Part shown: positions 1 through 9,682 of the stretch, piece by piece
Layout of the letters: each line of letters starts with the position of its first letter
Position numbering within the stretch: position 1 is the first letter of the stretch
Assembly (NCBI GenBank): GCA_039188975.1
Contig: JBCCYT010000002.1
Location: 3,021-67,020, forward strand
Source of the DNA: Actinomycetota bacterium
GTDB lineage: Bacteria; Actinomycetota; Acidimicrobiia; Acidimicrobiales; Aldehydirespiratoraceae
DNA length: 64,000 bases
Direction of reading: 5' to 3'
Made by a program: the position numbers and the translations under genes
The notes under the pieces: model-generated
Seen by the model: the letters and a program-made list of their open reading frames with translations, nothing else
Databases searched by the model: none
What the model was told of the DNA's origin: nothing

Positions 1-85
1 TGGATGAACAAGACGTCGCAAAGAGGGCAGCGATCAACACGATCGACCACCAGCTCGCCGTCCGCCGGCAGCGCAAGTGATGCAT
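1..85 (-). CDS. Putative lipoprotein, N-terminal fragment (runs off the window start)
   Basis: Not in the ORF track. The minus strand from ATG at 85 reads MHHLRCRRTASWWSIVLIAALFATSCSS: basic N-region, hydrophobic core, lipobox-like FATS-C. TACGCT lies 6 nt upstream of the ATG. Confidence 0.55.
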   Translation of the reverse strand, partial: MHHLRCRRTASWWSIVLIAALFATSCSS

Positions 86-150
86 GGCTGCAGCGTAGAC
101 GACCACGAGCAGTGGCCGTCTGGTCGGCGGGTGCGATTGTGGCCGTTTCC

Positions 151-1269
151 TTACAGCGGCGGCTCGACCTGCCATGCCTCGAGCGGTGCGTAGCGGGGCT
201 TGATGATGTGTTCGATGATCTGCAGCCGCTCACGGAACGGCAGGAAGCTCGACTTCATGGCGTTGACGGTGAGCCAGCGCAGCCGCGCCCAGTCGTACCC
301 GAACGCCTCGACCAGGGCCGTCATCTCCGACGTCATGCTCACGCCTGACATCAAGCGGTTGTCGGTGTTGACGGTGACCCGGAAGCGTAGATCGACGAGC
401 TGCTGGATGGGATGGTCTTCGATGCGTTCGACCACGCCGGTGTTCACATTGCTGGTCGGACAGACCTCGAGCGGGATTCGGGCATCTCGCAGGTAGTGGC
501 TCAACCGGCCGAGTTCGGTTTCGCCGTCGGGCGTCGTCGACCAGTCTTCGACGATCCGGATTCCGTGCCCGAGCCGCTCGGCGCCGCAGTACTGAACCGC
601 CTTCCAGATCGACCGCGGACCGTAGGCCTCTCCCGCATGAATCGTCACATGGAAGTTCTCGCGCTGACAGTACTGAAAGGCCAAGAGGTGCTCGTCGGGC
701 GGAAAGCCATCCTCGGGACCGGCGATGTCAAAGCCGACGACGCCGTGATCTCGATAGCGAACTGCGGCCTGGGCAACCTCGAGCCCTCGATCGAGATGCC
801 GCATCGCGGCGATCAGGACCCGGATCGTCAGTTCGGTGTCGGCCGATCCGGCCGCAAATCCGGTCAGCACCGCCTCGATCACTTGGTCGAGGGTGAGTCC
901 CCGCTCCGTGTGGAGTTCGGGGGCAAAACGAACCTCGGCGTACACCACGCCGTCAGCGGCGAGGTCTTCGGCACACTCGCGAGCGACGCGCTCGATCGCC
1001 GCGATCGTCTGCATCACCCCGACGGTGTGGCTGAAGGTTTCCAGATACAGCGTGAGGTCTTTGCGGTCGGCGCCTCGGCGGATCGTCTGCGTCAGGTCAT
1101 CGACGTCGGTGGTTGGAAGGCCGTCGTAGCCCGTCTCGGCAGCGAGCTCGATGATCGAGGCCGGACGAAGCCCACCGTCGAGGTGGTCGTGGAGCACCAC
1201 TTTTGGTGCCTGCCGGATTCGGTCGGGGGTGGGTGGTCCGACATCGGGGCTCAGGGTGGGGGTGTCCAT
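151..1269 (-). CDS. add: Adenosine deaminase
   Basis: Motifs LHDHLDGG, HAGE, RLGHG, CPTSN and NTDNRLMS. Start trimmed to MDTPT at 1269. Confidence 0.92.
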   Translation of the reverse strand: MDTPTLSPDVGPPTPDRIRQAPKVVLHDHLDGGLRPASIIELAAETGYDGLPTTDVDDLTQTIRRGADRKDLTLYLETFSHTVGVMQTIAAIERVARECAEDLAADGVVYAEVRFAPELHTERGLTLDQVIEAVLTGFAAGSADTELTIRVLIAAMRHLDRGLEVAQAAVRYRDHGVVGFDIAGPEDGFPPDEHLLAFQYCQRENFHVTIHAGEAYGPRSIWKAVQYCGAERLGHGIRIVEDWSTTPDGETELGRLSHYLRDARIPLEVCPTSNVNTGVVERIEDHPIQQLVDLRFRVTVNTDNRLMSGVSMTSEMTALVEAFGYDWARLRWLTVNAMKSSFLPFRERLQIIEHIIKPRYAPLEAWQVEPPL

Positions 1270-1349
1270 GAGCCAGATTATCGCCGCCGTTCCCAGTGCC
1301 GGATCACCGGCCCGGTAGGGTCGCCGAAATGGGGGACGAGACACGATCG

Positions 1350-2522
1350 ATGCCGCGCGTGCCGCTTGCGATCGTGCTCGTCTCGACGATGGTGGCGTCG
1401 ACCTACACCCTTTTTGCGCTGGCGGTTCTGGCGTCACCCATCATCGACGACCTCGGGGTGAGCCGCACCACCGTCGGCATCATTGGTTCGGTCAACACCG
1501 GCCTCGGTGCATTGACCGCCCCGTTGACGGGCCGAGTGACCGACCGAATCGGACCGCGCCGTGCAGTTCTTGGCCTGCTGGGTCTCTCGGCCGCGGCGAT
1601 GGTGTTGGTCGGGTTGGCCTCGAACGTGTGGATTCTTCTGCTCGCGTACGTGATCGGCGGTGTGCCCCAGGGGGGCGGAAACCCGGCGACAAATGCGCTG
1701 ATCGCGTCCACCCTCGCGCCCGGCGACCGAGGGGTGATGACCGGCATCAAGCAAAGCGGGGTGACCCTGGCTGTGTTCATCAGCGGCGTGACGATGCCAG
1801 CACTCGCCGAGGTCTGGAGCTGGCAGGGCGCCTATGTCGTCTTCGGTTGCCTGTTCCTCGGCCTGACGGGTCTGTGTTGGGCGCTGTTGCCGTCAGACGT
1901 GGGCGGGCCGTCGCCCGGAGTGGGCACCGCCGAAGGCAAGCGTGCGCCGTTGCCGCCGCTCATCATGCGCCTCGGGGTCTATGCGCTGCTGATGGGTCTG
2001 GCCAGCGGCGCAATCGGCCGCTTCCTTCCGCTCTTCGCCGAGGAGCAACTCGGGTACAGCCTCGCCGTCGCCGGGTTCGCGGCGTCGCTTTCTGGATTGC
2101 TGGGGATGGGTTTTCGCATCGCTGCGGCGCGGGTGGCGGAAACCCGGGTTGCGCCGACCACCTTGCTCGTCCAGCTGTCTTCGATCGGCGTCGTGTCGTC
2201 GGCGCTGCTGGCCCTGTCGGTGCCGTTCGGGCGTTGGCTGCTGTGGCCAGCGGTCGTGCTGTATGCGCTTGGACACACTGCGTGGAACGCCGTGGCGAAC
2301 CTGGCGGTCATCATGAATGTCTCGCAACGAGACGCGGGCCGGGCGTCGGGTGTGATCATCCTCGGGTTCTTGATGGGCCTCACCATTGCGGGTCCCGCGA
2401 CCGGTGTCATCGTCGATGCGACGGGCCGCTACGAGGTGGCGTGGTGGTTGTCGGTGGCACTGGCCGGGGTCTCGGCGGCCGTGCTGGCCCGTCGTCGCTC
2501 AGACGAAGCCACGCAGCGGTAG
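1350..2522 (+). CDS. MFS transporter
   Basis: About 12 hydrophobic segments; MFS motif A (GRVTDRIGPRR). Start uncertain. Confidence 0.85.
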   Translation: MPRVPLAIVLVSTMVASTYTLFALAVLASPIIDDLGVSRTTVGIIGSVNTGLGALTAPLTGRVTDRIGPRRAVLGLLGLSAAAMVLVGLASNVWILLLAYVIGGVPQGGGNPATNALIASTLAPGDRGVMTGIKQSGVTLAVFISGVTMPALAEVWSWQGAYVVFGCLFLGLTGLCWALLPSDVGGPSPGVGTAEGKRAPLPPLIMRLGVYALLMGLASGAIGRFLPLFAEEQLGYSLAVAGFAASLSGLLGMGFRIAAARVAETRVAPTTLLVQLSSIGVVSSALLALSVPFGRWLLWPAVVLYALGHTAWNAVANLAVIMNVSQRDAGRASGVIILGFLMGLTIAGPATGVIVDATGRYEVAWWLSVALAGVSAAVLARRRSDEATQR

Positions 2523-3344
2523 TGCGGGCGTCCGGCGGAGCCAGTTGTCATCGGCGTACGCGGCGGTCCCGTCGATGATGTGCAGCGTGTACGCATGGCG
2601 GCTGCGGCCTGAGGTGTTCGGCGCACTCCAATGGGGGAGTGTGCCGTGGAGCAAGACGAGCGTGCCAGCGTCAGCTTCGAGCGGGACGAGGTCGTCGGTG
2701 GCGTAGGGCGTGTCATCAAAGGTGTCCATGAACGCCTCGTCGCCCTCAGCGTTCATCCGGTAGCGGCTCTTGACCGGAATCCGGTGGCCCCCGGGATGGG
2801 CCCACAGGCAGCCGTTCTCCTGGGTCGCGTCTTCGATCGCGTACCAGAAGCCGATGACGGTCTGTGGCTCGGTCCACAGGAAGGTGTGGTCGCAATGCAG
2901 GCTGACCTCACCTCCGATGCCGGGCTGTTTGAAGATGTACATCGACTGCAGAAGCTGCGGGTCGGTGAAGCCGACGTCGGCCGCCACCTCGGCGAGTTCC
3001 GGCGTTCGGCTGAACGCATCGAAGGCCGGGTCGAGATCGTGCATCGCGTGGCCGAGCTTGTTGACGGCCAACGGCAGCGGCCGGGTCAGGGCGCCGTTCT
3101 CGACTGCGCCGTCTTCGAAGAACCAGCGGATCTTGTCGCCCGACGACAAGAACCAGTCGTCGTCACCGTGGGCCTGCTCGGAGGTGTCGAAGACGGTGAG
3201 GGCGCCGTCGTCGGTCGCATCGATGCCGTCGAGCAGCGTCTCGACATGGGCTTTGAGGTCGTCACAACGTTCGCGCGACACGAACTCGGGCAGGACGAGG
3301 AAGCCGTCTCGATCGAAATCGGCCAGCTGCTCAGCAGAGAGCAT
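2499..3344 (-). CDS. Fe(II)/2-oxoglutarate dioxygenase, PhyH family, PHYHD1-like
   Basis: HxD...H triad (HCD...LPH), FLSSGDKIRWFFE, NKLGHAMH, QSMYIFKQP, EDATQENGCLW. ATG overlaps the permease stop (ATGA). Confidence 0.9.
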   Translation of the reverse strand: MLSAEQLADFDRDGFLVLPEFVSRERCDDLKAHVETLLDGIDATDDGALTVFDTSEQAHGDDDWFLSSGDKIRWFFEDGAVENGALTRPLPLAVNKLGHAMHDLDPAFDAFSRTPELAEVAADVGFTDPQLLQSMYIFKQPGIGGEVSLHCDHTFLWTEPQTVIGFWYAIEDATQENGCLWAHPGGHRIPVKSRYRMNAEGDEAFMDTFDDTPYATDDLVPLEADAGTLVLLHGTLPHWSAPNTSGRSRHAYTLHIIDGTAAYADDNWLRRTPALPLRGFV

Positions 3345-4585
3345 CAGGTCTCTCCCTTTCGGTAGGGCTGGCCGAGCGCCACCGGCATGCGCAGGCGTTG
3401 AGCGAAGAAGATGAGCACGAGCAGCACGACCACGTACGGCAAGGTGTTGGACCACCAGCTCGGCACCGTGTCGGCGACGATCCACCAGAACAGCGCACCG
3501 GTGCCGAGCACGGCGGCGATGATCGTGTCGGCTTTGCGGCGCCGGGTGAATGCCCAAAAGCCAACGCCGGAAAACGCAATCGCGTTCACGAGCAACATGG
3601 CGTGCGACGCGGTCCCGTCGAGATCCCGCAGATCAAGTCCGAACACGTAGCCGAAGAGCAAGGCCCCGAGAAGCACTCCTCCCGGTCGCCAGTTCCCGAA
3701 GATCAGCGCGGCAAGCCCGATGAAGCCGCGTCCGGCCGAGTTGCCGCCCTGGAAGAGACCCGAGAGCTCGGTCGAGATGAACGCCCCACCGAGCCCAGCC
3801 AGACCGCCGGACATGATCACGGCGATGTACTTGTAGCGGATGATGTTGATGCCTTGGGCTTCGCCAGCTGACGGCTTCTCCCCACAGATCCGCAGGCGAA
3901 GACCAAAGCGGGTTCGCCAAATCAACCACAATGTGATCGGCACGAGGGCAATCGCAATGATCGCAACCCAGCTCGTGCCGCGCAGCAGACCTCGGGAGAG
4001 CTGGGCCACATCGGACAGGTACCAGATCTCCCATTGGGAGATCGTCAACAGCAGGTCCGGCGATTCCCAGCCGAAGACCGTTCCTCCTGCGAGGAACGGA
4101 ACATCCCAATCGCCGACTGCGCTCGTGCGCGGAGACGTCGTCGGCGATTCCCAGATCTCCTCAGACAGGTAGCGGGTGATCGCTGGCGCGAGGATGTTGA
4201 TCGCTACGCCCGAAATGATGTGATCGACCTGGAATGTGACGGTGGCGATCGCGTGGAGGAGTCCGCCGATCATGCCGCCACCCACACCGATCACCAGGCC
4301 CCACCAGGCGCCGTACTCGATCGAGCCCCAGGCGCCGAACCACATGCCGAGAATCAGCATGCCTTCGAGTCCGATATTGACGACCCCGGCCCGTTCGGAG
4401 AACAACCCGCCGAGCCCAGCGAGAAAGATCGGGACCGCGAATCGGAGCATCTCGCGAGCGGTGGCGATTTGGGTGAGGCGTTCGGTGTCGCTGATCGACT
4501 GCACGATCGTCAGCAACAAGACGCCGAGTGCTGCGTAGAGGGCCCAGCGGGCCCAGGCCGGCATGGTGCTGAGGCGAGTGATCAT
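3344..4585 (-). CDS. Nucleoside/sugar ABC transporter permease (NupC-like)
   Basis: SERAGVVNIGLEG and GRGFIGLAALIFGNW; multiple TM helices. Confidence 0.9.
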   Translation of the reverse strand: MITRLSTMPAWARWALYAALGVLLLTIVQSISDTERLTQIATAREMLRFAVPIFLAGLGGLFSERAGVVNIGLEGMLILGMWFGAWGSIEYGAWWGLVIGVGGGMIGGLLHAIATVTFQVDHIISGVAINILAPAITRYLSEEIWESPTTSPRTSAVGDWDVPFLAGGTVFGWESPDLLLTISQWEIWYLSDVAQLSRGLLRGTSWVAIIAIALVPITLWLIWRTRFGLRLRICGEKPSAGEAQGINIIRYKYIAVIMSGGLAGLGGAFISTELSGLFQGGNSAGRGFIGLAALIFGNWRPGGVLLGALLFGYVFGLDLRDLDGTASHAMLLVNAIAFSGVGFWAFTRRRKADTIIAAVLGTGALFWWIVADTVPSWWSNTLPYVVVLLVLIFFAQRLRMPVALGQPYRKGET

Positions 4586-5700
4586 GCCGGTACCGCCTCG
4601 CGGTGTGCCGCGAGCGCTTCGGCGGCCTCGCGTGCTTCATCTCGTTCGCGCACCCGATTGGCAACGCCGTAGGCGATCACTGCGGTGAGGAGCACGATGC
4701 CCTGCATGATCACGGCGATCTCGCGAGATGCGGCGCCGGTTGAATCGAGCACCCCCGACGACACATCCAGGAAGGCGAACAGCAATGCCGCGAACGCCAT
4801 GCCGCCGGGGTTGTTGCGACCGAGCAGCGCCACCGCGATGCCCTGAAAGCCGAGTCCTTGGATCGGGTCGGGCGGGAACTTGCCGCGGTCGGCGAGCTCG
4901 ACCATGCCGATGAGGCCGGCGACTGCACCGCTCAGCATCATGGCGGCCAGCACCATTCGTTTCGGGGGTACCCCACCGGCTCGAGCGGCGAACGGATTGA
5001 TCCCGCTCGCTCGGAGGTCGAAGCCGAAGCGGGTTCGGTTCAACAAGACGTAGTACAACACCCCGACCAAGATCGCGATGAGCAGCATGCCCGTCAGCTC
5101 TTTGCCTTGCCCGATGTCTCTGGTGACGATCTCGAGGAGGCCGTTGATGGTGGGAAGTAGCCCCGAGTCGTCGATTTGGTTCGTTCCGAGTTCAGTCGAC
5201 GAGAAGTTCTCGCCCAACTCTGCTTGCCACTCCTGCTGCAGCCAGGCGATCAGGCCACCCACTGCGATCGAGTTGAGCATGATCGTCGAAATCACCTCAT
5301 TGACACCCCGGGTGGTTTTCAAGATCCCGGCCACGCCTGCGTACAGCGCGCCGACGCCCATTGCGGTGACCATGATGACGAGAATGTGCAGCGCCTGAGG
5401 AAGGCTGATCAGTCCACCGATCTGTGCGGCGAACAGGAAGCCCATGAGGTACTGGCCTTCGACACCGATGTTGAAGAGGTTCATCCGGAACCCGATCGCG
5501 GCGGCCACGGCCGACAGGTAGAACGGCGTTGCCCGGTTGAGAATGTCGACCTGGGTTTCGAGTTTCGAGGCGTGGCTGATCATGTCGCCGTAGGCCTCGG
5601 CCGGGTTCGAGCCGAACGCCAGCAGGGCGAAGGTCGACACGACCAGCGTGAGCAGGAACGCGCCTACCGGAGCAGCAAGCGCAAAGGCGATTTTTCGCAT
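4582..5700 (-). CDS. Nucleoside/sugar ABC transporter permease (NupB-like)
   Basis: LFNIGVEGQY, GVNEVISTIMLN, GIAVALLGRNNP. Confidence 0.9.
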   Translation of the reverse strand: MRKIAFALAAPVGAFLLTLVVSTFALLAFGSNPAEAYGDMISHASKLETQVDILNRATPFYLSAVAAAIGFRMNLFNIGVEGQYLMGFLFAAQIGGLISLPQALHILVIMVTAMGVGALYAGVAGILKTTRGVNEVISTIMLNSIAVGGLIAWLQQEWQAELGENFSSTELGTNQIDDSGLLPTINGLLEIVTRDIGQGKELTGMLLIAILVGVLYYVLLNRTRFGFDLRASGINPFAARAGGVPPKRMVLAAMMLSGAVAGLIGMVELADRGKFPPDPIQGLGFQGIAVALLGRNNPGGMAFAALLFAFLDVSSGVLDSTGAASREIAVIMQGIVLLTAVIAYGVANRVRERDEAREAAEALAAHREAVPA

Positions 5701-7229
5701 TACGCGGTTCCCTCTCCCTGCAGGGCAGCCCCCGTCATGTAGGCGCCGAGATCGCGAGGGGTGACGTCCTCCGGTGAGACCGTGGCGACCAATTCGCCGC
5801 GCAGCATCACGACGATTGTGTCCGACAGCCCGATGAGTTCATCGAGATCGGCCGAAATCAGCAAGGTGGCGAGGCCGTCGCGCCGCGCCGTACGAATCTT
5901 GTTCCAGACGGCGGCTTGTGCGCCGACGTCGATGCCGCGCGTCGGGTGGGCCGCAACCAGAACCTCGGGGTGGGACGTCAGCTCTCGACAGATGATCAAC
6001 TTTTGCTGATTGCCGCCGGACAGGGCATGGGCCGACACCTCGATGTTCGGTGTGCGAACGTCGAACTTCTTGGCGATCTTCTCCGTCTGGGCACGCGCCG
6101 CCTCCGGATAGATCCACCATCGCGAGCCGAACGGGCGTTGGGTTTGGTGGCCGAGCGCGGCGTTCTCCCACAGCGGGGATGAGAGCAGCAAGCCCTCGTG
6201 ATGGCGGTCCTCTGGCACGTACGCCAGGCCCGCTTCGCGCCGGTGCCGCACCGACAGGTTGGTGATGTCGGAGCCCAGGAACTCGATCGAGCCTTCGGCA
6301 ACCTCGGCGGTACCGATGATCGCATCGACGAGTTCGCTCTGCCCATTGCCTTCGACACCGGCGATACCGACGATCTCTCCACGCCGAATGCGAAGGTCCA
6401 CGCCGCTCACGACGGGGCGTTCGTCGTCGTTGAGAACCGTCACCCGCTTCAGTTCGAGCGCGACCTCCTCGGTGACGGTCGAGACGGTCGTGTTGGGAGT
6501 CGGGAGTTCGCTGCCGACCATCAGCTCGGCCAGCTCTTGCGCGGTCACCCCGTCGTTTTTCATCGAGGCGACCGTCTTGCCTCGACGCAGCACGGTGATG
6601 CTGTCGGAGATCTCGAGCACCTCGTCGAGCTTGTGGTCGATGAAGAGGATCGTTGCGCCGCTTGCCTTGAGCTCGCGCATGCTCTCGAAGAGGGCCTCTA
6701 CCTCTTGGGGCACCAGGACGGCGGTGGGTTCGTCGAGAATCAGGATCTCAGCGCCGCGGTAGAGCACTTTGATGATCTCGACTCGCTGCCGTTCGCCGAC
6801 CTCGAGCGTCTCGACCATCTGGTTGATGTCGACGGTGAGACCGTAATCGTCGGCCACCCGGCGAAGATCCGACTCCGCCTGTGAGAAGTTGATGCGACCG
6901 CCCGGTTCGGTCGGCTCCGCGCCGAGAATGACGTTCTCGAGCACGGTGAGTTGATCAGCGAGCATGAAGTGCTGGTGGACCATGCCGATGCCGCGCTCGA
7001 TGGCGTCGGTCGGAGACGCGAATTCGACGAGTTCGCCGTTGACCTTCATCGTCCCCTCATCGGGCGGCTGCATGCCGTAGAGGATCTTCATGAGGGTCGA
7101 CTTGCCGGCCCCATTCTCCCCACAGATGGCGTGAATCTCGCCCTGCTCGACGGTGAGATTCACGTCGTCGTTGGCGACCACACCGGGGAATCGTTTGGTG
7201 ATTCCGGTCAGTTCGATTGCGGCGCTCAT
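5700..7229 (-). CDS. Nucleoside/sugar ABC transporter ATP-binding protein (two NBDs, NupA-like)
   Basis: Walker A GENGAGKST, LILDEPT, LSGGNQQK, PTRGIDVGA. Confidence 0.93.
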   Translation of the reverse strand: MSAAIELTGITKRFPGVVANDDVNLTVEQGEIHAICGENGAGKSTLMKILYGMQPPDEGTMKVNGELVEFASPTDAIERGIGMVHQHFMLADQLTVLENVILGAEPTEPGGRINFSQAESDLRRVADDYGLTVDINQMVETLEVGERQRVEIIKVLYRGAEILILDEPTAVLVPQEVEALFESMRELKASGATILFIDHKLDEVLEISDSITVLRRGKTVASMKNDGVTAQELAELMVGSELPTPNTTVSTVTEEVALELKRVTVLNDDERPVVSGVDLRIRRGEIVGIAGVEGNGQSELVDAIIGTAEVAEGSIEFLGSDITNLSVRHRREAGLAYVPEDRHHEGLLLSSPLWENAALGHQTQRPFGSRWWIYPEAARAQTEKIAKKFDVRTPNIEVSAHALSGGNQQKLIICRELTSHPEVLVAAHPTRGIDVGAQAAVWNKIRTARRDGLATLLISADLDELIGLSDTIVVMLRGELVATVSPEDVTPRDLGAYMTGAALQGEGTA

Positions 7230-7267
7230 GGCGTGCTTCCCCTCATGCCCGCTCGTGCCTCCCCAGC

Positions 7268-7343
7268 AGAAAACGAACGAGACCGGACCCTAACCGCTGA
7301 CCCCTGTCTGGAACAGACGAACGCAGCGGCGAGTCCGGCCTCG
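7268..7343 (-). terminator. Intercistronic stem-loop with U-rich tail after the BMP gene
   Basis: Minus strand CGAGGCCGGAC...CCGCTG...CAGCGG...GTCCGGTCTCG followed by TTCGTTTTCT. Confidence 0.55.
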
Positions 7344-7371
7344 CTCATGTCACGAATGTGCCTTCGTGGCC

Positions 7372-8520
7372 TCAGCCGTTGGTGACCTCGGTCGGATCGG
7401 TCGGCACGGTGATGTCGCCGGCGATGATCGCAGCCTTGGCCTCTTCGAGCTGGTCGACGATGTCGTCGACGTAGCCGCCGGTCGTCGAGTAGCCGACGCC
7501 GTCGACCGAAAGGTCATAGCGGGTTTCGCCGGCGGTGAAGCCGCCCTCTTCCTGCGTCTTCAGGATCTCGAAGACGGCCACGTCGACCCGCTTGAGCATC
7601 GAGGTGAGCACGTACTCCTGGAGGCTCTCGTCGACCGCACCGATGGTGTTGTACTGGTCGGAGTCGACGCCGATGCCCCACACCTTGGTGCCGGTGTCCT
7701 CGGAGTAGTCCTTGGCGGCCTGGAACATGCCGTTCCCGGCGCCACCGGCTGCGTGGTAGATCACGTCGGCGCCGTCTTCGTACATGGTGGTGGCGATGAC
7801 CTGGGCCCGGTCAGGCTGGTTGAAGCCGTCGAAGTCGGGGGCGTCGGTGATGTACTCGGCGACGACCTCGATCGAGGGATCGACCGATGCAACACCGGCG
7901 CGGAAGCCAGCCTCGAACTTCTCGATCAGACCAAAGCAGCACACGCCGCCGATGAAGCCGACCTTGCCGTTCTCGCTCTTGAGGGCGGCGGCCACGCCGA
8001 CCAGGTAGGACCCCTGCTCTTCGGCGAAGACCAGACCGGCGACGTTGTCACCGACCGGCGACGGCGGGTCGGTTTCGAAGTTGAGCATCGAGTCATCGAT
8101 CACCGCGAAGTTGGTGTCGGGGTTCTCGGCGGCGACCGCCGCGGCGTCTCCGGCGAAGAGGAAGCCGACGCCGATCACGATCGGGTTGGCGTCGGCGGCG
8201 AGCTGCAGCAGCTCGGCCCGGTTCGAACCATCGTCGTTGGGCGAGGCTTCCGAGAAGGCGATGCCCAGCTCGGAATCGGCCCGGTCGAGGCCCTCGGCCG
8301 CGGAGTCGTTGAACGACAGGTCGCCACGGCCACCGATGTCGTACACGAGGCCGACGGTGGTTTCTGCGGCCGGGACCTCTTCGGCCATCTCCGACGATGA
8401 CGCCGAATCAGACGCCGAGTCAGACGAGCTGGCTTCGGTGTCCTCGTCGTCGCCGCAGGCCGCAGCGATGAGTGAGAACGAAAGCAGCACCGACAGCAGC
8501 ATCAGCAAACGCTTGCGCAT
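7372..8520 (-). CDS. BMP family ABC substrate-binding lipoprotein (PnrA/NupN-like)
   Basis: Lipobox IAAAC; GGRGDLSFN, FAEEQGSYLVG, IGVDSDQ, SMLKRVD; SD GGAGGG upstream of ATG 8520. Confidence 0.92.
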   Translation of the reverse strand: MRKRLLMLLSVLLSFSLIAAACGDDEDTEASSSDSASDSASSSEMAEEVPAAETTVGLVYDIGGRGDLSFNDSAAEGLDRADSELGIAFSEASPNDDGSNRAELLQLAADANPIVIGVGFLFAGDAAAVAAENPDTNFAVIDDSMLNFETDPPSPVGDNVAGLVFAEEQGSYLVGVAAALKSENGKVGFIGGVCCFGLIEKFEAGFRAGVASVDPSIEVVAEYITDAPDFDGFNQPDRAQVIATTMYEDGADVIYHAAGGAGNGMFQAAKDYSEDTGTKVWGIGVDSDQYNTIGAVDESLQEYVLTSMLKRVDVAVFEILKTQEEGGFTAGETRYDLSVDGVGYSTTGGYVDDIVDQLEEAKAAIIAGDITVPTDPTEVTNG

Positions 8521-8662
8521 GGTGTTTCCCTCCAGAACCGCCCGTGGGGCGGCGGTTTCGTTGATGTCCGGGCGCGACAGCCGCCCCGGCGATTGCGAGC
8601 ACGGTAGCCCGCGCGTCGATGCCGCGCGCCCCTCGAAACGCACCTTTCACGCAGGCCGTGGG

Positions 8663-8671
8663 TTATCCACA
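8663..8671 (+). promoter_or_regulatory. Perfect DnaA box TTATCCACA
   Basis: Exact 9-mer consensus in the intergenic region upstream of the BMP gene; function unproven. Confidence 0.45.
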
Positions 8672-8710
8672 AGCACCCACATTGCTGATCGGCTCGGCTC
8701 AGTTGAAGAC

Positions 8711-9682
8711 TCAGTAGAAGACGCAGCGGCTCCGGTGGCGGGGGATGGCTTTGTATTCGGGGTCGGCCCCGGTGTTCCACAGAATGTTGTCGAGCGAACC
8801 AGTCGTGATCGTCGCACCAGCGCCGGTGCGTTGGGCCCGAACCGCAGTCGCGAGCAACTCGACGGCGTGCAGCCCACACGCCCGGATCTCGATCTCCTCA
8901 GGGCTCCCGATCTCGATGTTCTCCACCGCCTCGATCCGTTCGAGCAGCGCCGGCGAGAATTCCAGTACGCCATCGACTCGCAGCACGTGGGGCACGAGGT
9001 TGTCGGCGAACATCGTGAGCTGATCGAGATCGTCGAAGCGGCCGAGCCCGTCATGATCGAATGCCACCGCCAGGTCCTGCACCGTGATCTGGGCCCGCTT
9101 GTAGAACGCCACCGTTCCCGCAACCGGATGCTCGTGTTCGTCGCGGTAGAACGGCATCTCGGCGAGTGACGTCGCAAGCGCCGCTGCCGAGCCATCAGCC
9201 TGTTCGACGATCCCAACGAACGAGCCGTCGGCTCGCTCATCGACGAAGTCGGCCACGTCCGTGAGCGCGGTGGTGAAGAGCTCCATCAGCTCGTGCGCCG
9301 GGGAGCCGTCGAGCACTTGCCCGAACGTCGCCGACCAGTCAGCGACGGAGCGATCCCGCAGCCGATCCGTCGTAATCGTGCCGACCTCGGCCACCCAGTC
9401 ACGCAGGCTCGCTGCAACCGTGTGATAGCCGCTGTGCCCGGGCCGCTTTCTCAGATAGGGGAAGTAGCCGGAGCCGAAATTCACCGCATCGAGCGCAAGC
9501 ACGAATGCGGCGGTCGACTCGGCATCCCCGATCGGTTCTTGGCCGGGATCGTTGGGCGCCCGATCGAGATCGAGGCGTTCGGCAAGCGGCAGGATCGCCC
9601 CCGCGTTGATCCGCACGTGCGTCGAGACGTCGGCCACGGCGGCACACGAGGACCGGATGCGAGAGAAGAGCGTCGGGGTCAT
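8711..9682 (-). CDS. Queuosine salvage protein / queuosine-5'-phosphate N-glycosylase (Qng1, DUF2419 family)
   Basis: LDAVNFG, FYKRAQI, LTMFADNLVPHVL, GSPEEIEIRA, LDNILW and C-terminal HRSRCVFY are typical of DUF2419. Confidence 0.88.
   Translation of the reverse strand: MTPTLFSRIRSSCAAVADVSTHVRINAGAILPLAERLDLDRAPNDPGQEPIGDAESTAAFVLALDAVNFGSGYFPYLRKRPGHSGYHTVAASLRDWVAEVGTITTDRLRDRSVADWSATFGQVLDGSPAHELMELFTTALTDVADFVDERADGSFVGIVEQADGSAAALATSLAEMPFYRDEHEHPVAGTVAFYKRAQITVQDLAVAFDHDGLGRFDDLDQLTMFADNLVPHVLRVDGVLEFSPALLERIEAVENIEIGSPEEIEIRACGLHAVELLATAVRAQRTGAGATITTGSLDNILWNTGADPEYKAIPRHRSRCVFY

Noticed and set aside
8521..8710. Possible preQ1 or purine riboswitch upstream of the BMP gene
   Set aside because: Two GC hairpins are present, but I could not find preQ1 or purine aptamer consensus features. 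An Rfam/Infernal scan would settle it.
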